64,000 nucleotides of DNA from an uncultured Armatimonadetes bacterium (GTDB lineage: Bacteria > Armatimonadota > Hebobacteria > Hebobacterales > Hebobacteraceae): positions 3,833,577 to 3,897,576 of the forward strand of contig OY969415.1 in assembly GCA_963699135.1 (NCBI GenBank), written 5' to 3'. Positions within the stretch are counted from its first letter, which is position 1; every line of letters begins with the position of its first letter. Under the pieces are notes generated by a model, which saw only the letters and a list, made by a program, of their open reading frames with translations, had not been told where the DNA came from and did no database searches. This document shows positions 57,533 to 64,000 of the stretch, in pieces. The position numbers and the translations under genes are program-made.

Positions 57533-58390
57533 CTAGCGACTCGACCGCCCGCGTTCGGCCTTAGTCTTGAGCGGTTGGGCTGACCTGATGTAGAACTCGG
57601 TTTGGAGCTTGAGGGTGGTGGTATCCTTCTTCACCGCCTGGTAGACCTTCACCAGACCGCGGATGTGGGCCTCGAGCTGGAGCTGGCCCATCTCGGCGGT
57701 GGCGGTGGCGGGATCCCCCGCGAAGTGGTTGGGGTAGTTGGCGTACCAGAACATACCGGTGTGGAAGGGAACGCCGGCGAGGCGCTTCCGGGGCAGGCCG
57801 CTCTCGGAGGCGGCCTTCTCCATCTGCACCAGGTCGGGCCGAATGGCGAGCATGCCAGCGGTCTCGGGCTCACAGGCATGGCCTCCCCAGTCGGTCTTGC
57901 GCAGCTTTCGCACCTGCTCCATGAGCTTCGGGTCGGACTCCGGGTGGGCGATGTAGACGGCGTAGTCGCGGGGCGAGGAGAGCTGGGTGAGGCAGAAGAA
58001 GGGCAGCCAGTCGTTGTTGCCGCCGTGACCGTTCACGATGAGGATCTTCTCGAAGCCGTTGCGAGCGATGGTCTCGCAGACCGCCTGCAGCAGTTGGCTC
58101 AGCAGCTCGGGCGGGATGGTGACGCAGCCGGGCTGATGGCGGGCCTCGTAGATCTGGCCGAAGTAGTAGTGGGGGAAGACCACGGCGTACTCCCTCTGGG
58201 CAGCGCCGATGGAAGCGGCCCGGGCGGCCATGACGTCAGTGCCCAGCGGAAGATGGGGGCCGTGCTTCTCGATCACGCCGATGGGCAGGACGCAGACGCG
58301 CTTGGCGCGGGCCACGGCGCCGGGAAAATCGGAGGCGGTCAGCTCCTCCCACTGCACCGATAGGGACTTCGATGGGGATTTCGCTCTCAT
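57533..58390 (-). CDS. Creatininase (creatinine amidohydrolase) family protein
   Basis: VLPIGVIEKHGPHLPLGTD...IVNGHGGN...HACEPETA are metal-binding motifs of the creatininase family. Confidence 0.8.
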   Translation of the reverse strand: MRAKSPSKSLSVQWEELTASDFPGAVARAKRVCVLPIGVIEKHGPHLPLGTDVMAARAASIGAAQREYAVVFPHYYFGQIYEARHQPGCVTIPPELLSQLLQAVCETIARNGFEKILIVNGHGGNNDWLPFFCLTQLSSPRDYAVYIAHPESDPKLMEQVRKLRKTDWGGHACEPETAGMLAIRPDLVQMEKAASESGLPRKRLAGVPFHTGMFWYANYPNHFAGDPATATAEMGQLQLEAHIRGLVKVYQAVKKDTTTLKLQTEFYIRSAQPLKTKAERGRSSR

Positions 58391-58482
58391 GGTCACACTC
58401 CTTGACCCAGAGAGTTAGCGAAGGCGCGGGGGGATTCCTTTCGGGGGGGGAGGGAGGGAGGGAACGGCAACGGCGGCACGGC

Positions 58483-58600
58483 GGTTGCCCGGCACGATTG
58501 TGCCGGGCAGGAGCCCGCTGGGGGACGACTGGCCGTTCGTCCCCCAGACCCCCTCACCGGCTTCTAGCGTCCTGGCGATAGCTTTGGGTGGCAGCGGAAA
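58483..58600. repeat. Repeat family B, + orientation
   Basis: TTGCCCGGCACGATTGTGCCGGGCAGGAGCCCGCTGGGGGACGACTGGCCGTTCGTCCCCCAGACCCCCTCACCGGCTTCTAGCGT...GGGTGGCAGCGG. Confidence 0.8.
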
Positions 58601-58956
58601 GCGGGGACGGCCGGAAGAGCCACGCCACTGGTCGGCGGGGTGCATGGTGGGGACAACGGAGAAGCCACAAGGCCCTGTTGAACGGGTATCGGAGGCAGTT
58701 GGAATGACGTTCTTGGGGCTGTGGGGGTATTCTGGGGCGGTTTGGGGCTTCTGGGAGGCGCTGAGAGGGGGGTGGGTGCCGCTTCGCGGGTGGTCTTAGA
58801 GTGGCCTGGGCAAATGGGGTATATGTTTGTGGGCGGCTCCGTGTTGGGGCGCCCTAATGGGGACCGCAACCCCCCACCACCCATAGGCGCCCCGGCGACC
58901 GCCTCCGTCGGGGCGCCACCTTTTCCGGTTCTGGCAGGCGCTGATGGGCCGCGATC

Positions 58957-59727
58957 TTGCTGTGGAGGTTTCTCATGGAAGTGCAGGTTTCGTTTGACTC
59001 GCAGGGCCAGGCGATCTCCGGCATGCTCCATCTCCCCGAGAAGGAAAGAGGCCCCGGGATCATCATGTGCCACGGGTTCACGGGCAGCAAGTCGGAGGCG
59101 CATCGTCTGTTCGTGAATACAGCCCGGGATCTCTGCGCGCATGGGGTCGCGGTGCTGCGATTCGATTTCCGCGGGTCGGGAGGCAGTGCGGGCGAGTTCC
59201 GGGAGATGACGACATCGGGCGAGATCGAGGACGCGGGGGCGGCGCTGGGCTACCTGGCATCGCGGCCGGAGGTGGAAGCCGACCGCTTGGGGGTACTCGG
59301 GCTGAGCCTGGGCGGGTGTGTGGCGGCCTGTCTGGCGGGACGCGACGGGCGGGTGAAGTCGCTGGTGTTGTGGGCGGCGACGGCGCACCCGGAGGGATTG
59401 CACGAGCGGCTGAAGCCGGAGTTTGGGGACCGGGAGGTGCTCGATTTCAGCGGCTGGGGTCTGGGGCGAGGATTCCTGGATGATCTGCTGGAAGTGCATC
59501 CTCTCGCGGACGCGGCGAAGTACACTGGGCCGACGCTGATCGTCCACGGGGAGAACGACCAGGCGGTAGCGCTGTCGCACGCACACGATTACGAGAAGGC
59601 ACTGGGCGGAAGCAAGCGGGTGCGGGTGATCGCCGGAGCGGACCACGTGTTCTCGAATCTGACGTGGCAGTCGGAAGCGATCTCGGTTTCCCGACAATTC
59701 CTGCTGGACACGATCGGGAAGGTATGA
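58957..59727 (+). CDS. Alpha/beta hydrolase (dienelactone hydrolase / BAAT-like)
   Basis: HGFTGSKSE..., GLSLGG (nucleophile elbow GxSxG), and ...ADHVF (catalytic His region). Confidence 0.75.
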   Translation: MLWRFLMEVQVSFDSQGQAISGMLHLPEKERGPGIIMCHGFTGSKSEAHRLFVNTARDLCAHGVAVLRFDFRGSGGSAGEFREMTTSGEIEDAGAALGYLASRPEVEADRLGVLGLSLGGCVAACLAGRDGRVKSLVLWAATAHPEGLHERLKPEFGDREVLDFSGWGLGRGFLDDLLEVHPLADAAKYTGPTLIVHGENDQAVALSHAHDYEKALGGSKRVRVIAGADHVFSNLTWQSEAISVSRQFLLDTIGKV

Positions 59728-59753
59728 GGGTGTGATGCGATGAGGGCAAGCAC

Positions 59754-60149
59754 GTGGTGACCAAGTTCCGGACGCTCGATGAGATGGTGACGTATCTGAA
59801 GGCGCGAGGCGTAAGCGAAGCGCGGGTGACCGGGAAGGTGGCGACGAGCACCAGCCCGGGCGGGGGGCAGGTCACGTTCCGCGGGCGGCTGATCGTGTCG
59901 GCCGAGCTGGAGGGGGAGGAGAAGGCGGCCTACGAGGAGCGCGTGCATCGGGTGGTGAGTGACACGGGAGCCCCGACGCTGCCGACCGACACGAAGCGAG
60001 AGGGGGATCTGCACGCGGCGCAGACAGCGCTGCTGGGGCAACTGAAGGCCTACCGGGCTGAGTACCAGGCGGTGATGCAGTCGGCGCGGGAAGCGGTCAC
60101 GAGGGCGCTCGACATGGCCGGCATCACCGTGGTCGAGGGGGGCGACTAG
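59754..60149 (+). CDS. Hypothetical protein (131 aa)
   Basis: ORF with coding-like composition, four bases upstream of the next ORF. No recognisable motif. Confidence 0.35.
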   Translation: MVTKFRTLDEMVTYLKARGVSEARVTGKVATSTSPGGGQVTFRGRLIVSAELEGEEKAAYEERVHRVVSDTGAPTLPTDTKREGDLHAAQTALLGQLKAYRAEYQAVMQSAREAVTRALDMAGITVVEGGD

Positions 60150-60153
60150 CGCG

Positions 60154-60417
60154 ATGCGGATCACGATTGCGGTTCACGGTCACTTCAGATCTACCTCCTC
60201 GGTGGGCAATGACGAGATGACTTTCACCTTGCCCGACGCCGACGGGCTTCGCATCCGGGACTTGCTGGAGACGCTGAACATCGTCGAGGAAGAGATCAAG
60301 CAGGTTACCTTCAACGGCCGCAACGGCCGGCTGGACGAGGCGGTCCGGCACCGGGCGCGGCTGGAGTTCTTCCCGCGAGAGCGGGCGAGGGGGGCGCGCT
60401 CGTCGGTCGAGGGCTAG
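60154..60417 (+). CDS. Possible MoaD/ThiS-like beta-grasp small protein (atypical C-terminus)
   Basis: MRITIAVHGHFRS...LRIRDLLETLNIVEEEIKQVTFNGRNGRLDEAV...LEFFP resembles a ubiquitin-like sulfur carrier. It lacks the terminal GG, so the end may be frameshifted. Confidence 0.35.
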   Translation: MRITIAVHGHFRSTSSVGNDEMTFTLPDADGLRIRDLLETLNIVEEEIKQVTFNGRNGRLDEAVRHRARLEFFPRERARGARSSVEG

Positions 60418-60476
60418 CAACCTCGGCAGATGAGAGTGATGGTCGGACTGCGGCCGGGCGGCATCCGCCCGCGGCG

Positions 60477-62220
60477 CTACCAGCCTACCGCGTAGCTGAC
60501 GCTGCGGGGGGAGGCGGCGCCGGAGATGACGCCGGTGTCGGCGTCGAAGCGGATGGCGAGGGCGGCGCCATTCACCCAGTCCCCAGTGGCCTGCACTTTG
60601 TGGCCGCGCGCCTCCAGCTCTTTGCGCACCGACTCCGGTATCCTTCCCTCCACTACCACCAGGCCGGGCGTGTGGCCGCGCGGGTAGAAGGAGCTGCGGA
60701 AGTGGCCACTGTGGAAGTTGGGCGCGTCGATGGCCTCCTGGAGGTTCATACCGAAGTCGACGTGATTCAGGAAAAGCTGGAGCGTCCACTGGTCCTGGTT
60801 GTCGCCACCGGGAGTGCCGAAAACCATCCAGGGGCGGCCGTCCTTGGTGACGAGGGAGGGGGTGAGGGTGGAGCGGGGCCGCTTGCCGGGCTGGAGGCAG
60901 TTGGGGTGCGCGGGGTCGAGCCAGAACATCTGGCCGCGGGTGCCGAGGGGGAAGCCGAGGCCCGGCACGACGGGCGAGGAGGAAAACCAGCCGCCGCTGG
61001 GCGTGATGGAGATCATGTTGCCGAAGCGGTCGATGGCGTCGAGCTGGGTGGTGTCGCCGATGTGCAAGATAGGCCAATCATTGCTGGGCTCGGGCGGGGT
61101 GATCTTCGGGACGGCGATGTCGAGGCCGGGGCGATCCTCCAGGGAGGCGCGCTCACCGACGAGCTCGCGGCGCTCGGCCGCGTACTGTTTCGAGAGGAGC
61201 TTGTCCCATGGCATGTTCACGAACTGAGGGTCGCCGTAGTAGGACTCGCGGTCGGCGAAGGCGAGCTTGGCGCACTCGATGACGGTGTGGATGTACTCGG
61301 GGGTGTTGTGGCCCATGGCGGCGAGGTCGTAGCCCTCGAGGAGGGTGAGCTGCTGAAGGAAGACGGGGCCCTGACACCAGCTATTGCACTTGTGGACGGT
61401 GAGCCCGCGGTAGTCCACGTTCACGGTCGGTTCGACCTGGGCGGCGTAGGAGGCGAAATCCTCCTCGGTGAGCAGGGCGGAGTGAGGCTTGCCGCTGGCG
61501 TCCATGACCTCGTGGTTGCGGGCGAACTTCACGATCTCGCGGGCGATCTCGCCGCGGTAGAAGACATCGCGGGCGGCGCGGAGGGCGGCGACGCGGCCCT
61601 TGCGGGCGGCCTTGCGCTCGGCCTCGATCAGCAGGTCCATGGTGGCGGCCCAGTCGGACTGGACGAAGACTGCACCGACCTCGGGGGCCTTGTCGCCGGG
61701 GGCGAAGGCTTTGATGCTGCTGGGGTAGTGCTTGCGCCAGTGGGGGAGGTTGTTGCTGATGGAGCCGCGCAGCTCATCGTGCATCGGGAAGCCGTCGCCG
61801 GCGAGTTCGATGGCGGGCGCCAACACATCCTCGAGGGTCATGGTGCCGAAGGTGGCGAGGGCGGTGATGTAGGCGTCGCAGGTGGCGGGGACGACGGCGG
61901 GCAGGAAGCCGTCGCCGGGGATGAGCTCGATGCCCAGCTCCCGGTAGCGCTCGATGGTGGCTTCCCGCGGGCGCGACGCCATGGCCGTTGACGGCGAAGG
62001 CGCGGCGCTGGTCGGCGGAATAGATGAGGGTGGGGGCTTCGCCGGCGATGCCGTTCTGGTGGGGCAGTAGCACGGCAAGGGCGAATCCGGCCGCGACACC
62101 GGCGTCGATGGCGTTGCCGCCGGCCTCCAGCATGCTCAGCCCGGCCTGGGCCGCAAGGTAGTGTCCCGCGGCAACCACACCGTTAGTCCCGTAGATGACG
62201 GGTCGGGTCGTGAAACTCAT
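60477..62220 (-). CDS. ggt: Gamma-glutamyltransferase (GGT, Ntn-hydrolase), one frameshift near 61965 in a G-run
   Basis: The N-terminal part MSFTTRPVIYGTNGVVAAGHYLAAQAGLSMLEAGGNAIDAGVAAGFALAV... is in frame 61774..62397. The rest (...GDTTQLDAIDRFGNMISITPSGG... with catalytic Thr region, ...GTPGGDNQDQ...) is in frame 60477..62099. Confidence 0.8.
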
Positions 62221-62228
62221 GATGGCTC

Positions 62229-63335
62229 CTACTCCAGCTTCTTTCTGAACCGCAGGGCGCTCAGGGTGAAGATGACTCCGCCGAGGGCGACGAGGGCGAC
62301 CACCTGCGGCCACAGCTCTGCTATTCCAGCACCCCGCAGGAAAATCCCCCGGACGATTTCGACGAAGTAGCGGAGGGGGATGAGGCGGGTGATCCACTGC
62401 ACCAGGAGGGGCATGTTCTCGATGGGGAACATGAAGCCGGAGAGAATGACGGAGGGCATGATGACGAAGAAGGCGGTGAGCATGGCCTGCTGCTGAGTGC
62501 GGGAGACGGTGGAGATGAACATTCCGAGGCCGAGGGTGGTGAGGAGGAAGGCAACGGAGAGCAGGAGGAGGAGGGGGCCGCTGCCGACCATGGTGATGCC
62601 GAACCAGAAGCGGGCGAGGATGACGATGAGGATGACGTCGAGCAGGCCGATGGCAGCGAAGGGGAGGGTCTTGCCAAGCATCAGCTCCATGGGCCGAAGG
62701 GGGGTGACGATCAATTGCTCCAGAGTTCCGGTTTCCCGCTCCCGAACGAGGGCCAGCGCGGTCATGGCGGTCATGACGGTGCCCAAGATAGTGCAGATGA
62801 CGCCGGGGACCATGTAGTCCAGGCTTTTCAGGTTCGGGTTGTAGTAGATGCGGGGGTGGTTTTCGATCGGCGCTTTCGCCACCAGTGCGGGCTGCTGGTT
62901 GCGGGCGAACTGGGCGATGAGCGCGCCGGTGTAGCCGGCGGCGACGCCGGCGGTGTTCACGTCGGCGCCGTCGATGATGACCTGCAAGCGGGCGGGCTCG
63001 CCGTGGGCGAGCCGTTTGGAGAAGTCATCGGGGATATAGAGCCCCAGGGTGGCGCGGCCGGATTCGATGGGCTCGTCGAGCTGATCGGGCGAGTCCACCT
63101 GGCCGCGGAGCGTGAAGTACCCGGAGCGGCGGAAGCTATCGACCAGCTCGCGGCTGTCAGACTGTCGATTCCGGTCGCAGACCACGAGGCCGATGTCTTT
63201 CACGTCGAGCGTGACTGCATAGCCGAAGACGAGGAGCTGGAAGATGGGCGCGAAGATGAGCGGCATCAGCATCCGCGGATCGCGGCGGAGCTGAAGCAAC
63301 TCTTTGCGCATCAGCACGCGTAGTCTTCGACGCAC
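62229..63335 (-). CDS. ABC-2 type transporter permease
   Basis: 368 aa. MRKELLQLRRDPRMLMPLIFAPIFQLLVFGYA is the ABC-2 N-terminal motif, followed by a periplasmic loop and 5 C-terminal TM helices. Confidence 0.8.
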   Translation of the reverse strand: MRRRLRVLMRKELLQLRRDPRMLMPLIFAPIFQLLVFGYAVTLDVKDIGLVVCDRNRQSDSRELVDSFRRSGYFTLRGQVDSPDQLDEPIESGRATLGLYIPDDFSKRLAHGEPARLQVIIDGADVNTAGVAAGYTGALIAQFARNQQPALVAKAPIENHPRIYYNPNLKSLDYMVPGVICTILGTVMTAMTALALVRERETGTLEQLIVTPLRPMELMLGKTLPFAAIGLLDVILIVILARFWFGITMVGSGPLLLLLSVAFLLTTLGLGMFISTVSRTQQQAMLTAFFVIMPSVILSGFMFPIENMPLLVQWITRLIPLRYFVEIVRGIFLRGAGIAELWPQVVALVALGGVIFTLSALRFRKKLE

Positions 63336-63346
63336 ACTTGCTCCGA

Positions 63347-64000
63347 TCAGAGAGTCTTCTTGAACCTGCGCACGCTGCCGAGGAGGACGGCAGCGGCGAT
63401 GGCGGTCATCGCGAGCGCGCGGGGCCAGAGTATGCCAAGCCCCGCGCCTTTGAGCATGATGGCGCGAGCGATCACCATGAAGTGGGTCGCCGGGTGGAGC
63501 TGCACGAGCAACTGGAGGGCGCGGGGCATGCTGCTGAGAGGGAAGACGAATCCGGTGAGCAGCATCGTCGGCAGGAGGGTGGCGACGAGGGCGATGAGGT
63601 AGGCGACCTGCTGACTCTGCGTGGAGACGGAGATCAGCAGCCCGATGGCGAGGGCGGCGAGGAGATAGATGAAGGTGAGGAGGGCGAAGAGGGCCGGGTC
63701 GCCGCGGAGGGGCACGTGGAACAGTAGTCGCCCCGCGCCGAGGATAAGGATGACGTCCATCCAGGCGATGCCGACATAGGGGAGCATCTTCCCGAGCATT
63801 AGCTCGCCGGCGGTAATCGGCGAGACTACCAGCCCTTCGATGGTGCCGAGTTCTCGCTCCCGCACGATGGTCTGGGAGGTGAGGAGGGCGGCGAGCATCA
63901 TCAGGATCACGACGAGCAGGCCGGGAACGATGAAGGTGGTGCTCGACAGGTCCTCGTTGAACCAGATGCGAACCTCGGGCTGGATGGTGGCGAGGGAGGC
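63347..64000 (-). CDS. ABC-2 type transporter permease (3' part; start lies beyond the window end)
   Basis: The reading frame stays open to position 64000 (...IQPEVRIWFNEDLSSTTFIVPGLLVVILMMLAALL...). It is paralogous to 62229..63335. Confidence 0.75.
   Translation of the reverse strand, partial: ASLATIQPEVRIWFNEDLSSTTFIVPGLLVVILMMLAALLTSQTIVRERELGTIEGLVVSPITAGELMLGKMLPYVGIAWMDVILILGAGRLLFHVPLRGDPALFALLTFIYLLAALAIGLLISVSTQSQQVAYLIALVATLLPTMLLTGFVFPLSSMPRALQLLVQLHPATHFMVIARAIMLKGAGLGILWPRALAMTAIAAAVLLGSVRRFKKTL

Noticed and set aside
21431-58600. CRISPR array hypothesis for the dispersed repeats
   Set aside because: No regular repeat-spacer periodicity. Repeats are heterogeneous modules 30-110 bp long scattered over 40 kb, and no cas genes are present.
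60400-60480. Hairpin CGGGCGG-CAT-CCGCCCG between the convergent MoaD-like and ggt genes as a bidirectional terminator
   Set aside because: GC stem only, no flanking T- or A-tract. Too weak to call.
60600-61991. 463-aa plus-strand ORF
   Set aside because: Antisense to gamma-glutamyltransferase. Gly/Ala/Glu-rich low complexity.

Overview
This window is high-GC (about 70%) bacterial chromosomal DNA. I did not recognise the phylum.

- **Positions 1-16,233:** one long minus-strand polysaccharide biosynthesis and export locus. It carries GT2 and GT4 glycosyltransferases, a UDP-sugar epimerase, a pyruvyl transferase, three paralogs of an unassigned 150-aa domain, and a Wzm/Wzt-type ABC exporter. 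Many start/stop codons overlap by 1-4 nt.
- **Positions 17,100-20,230:** a GC-poorer, mostly non-coding stretch. It holds an 18-bp perfect palindrome, a repeated GCATTTCGGGG motif, a fragmented COG2865 (Schlafen/AlbA_2-type) regulator gene and a TTTTGCAAAG tandem repeat.
- **Remainder of the window:** mixed housekeeping and accessory genes. These include an NHL lipoprotein, a MoxR ATPase, a nitroreductase, a DUF151 nuclease-family protein, a double-zinc-finger anti-sigma-like protein followed by secreted and barrel-like proteins, a histidine-kinase/response-regulator pair, Fe- and Zn-type alcohol dehydrogenases, rubredoxin, a decayed araB/isomerase operon, ParA with a TPR partner, a DUF2064/GT2 'transferase pair' with redox partners, DUF547, DUF2029, creatininase, gamma-glutamyltransferase and ABC-2 permeases.
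- **RNA genes and signals:** two tRNAs, Pro(CGG) and Arg(UCG), plus one strong candidate small RNA with a textbook promoter and terminator at about 41.1-41.3 kb.

**Most striking feature.** Almost every intergenic region after 21 kb is built from a mosaic of dispersed hairpin repeats in at least seven module families. The elements are strand-oriented: reverse orientation before about 17 kb and forward after about 21 kb. Two composite copies flank a small gene as direct repeats. I found no IS element, transposase, integrase or CRISPR array.

**Frameshifts.** At least ten genes are interrupted by frameshifts. Some sit in homopolymer runs and look like sequencing errors, but the araB/isomerase region is far denser and may be genuinely decaying.

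In the feature list, '+ orientation' means forward and 'R orientation' means reverse-complement copies of a repeat module.
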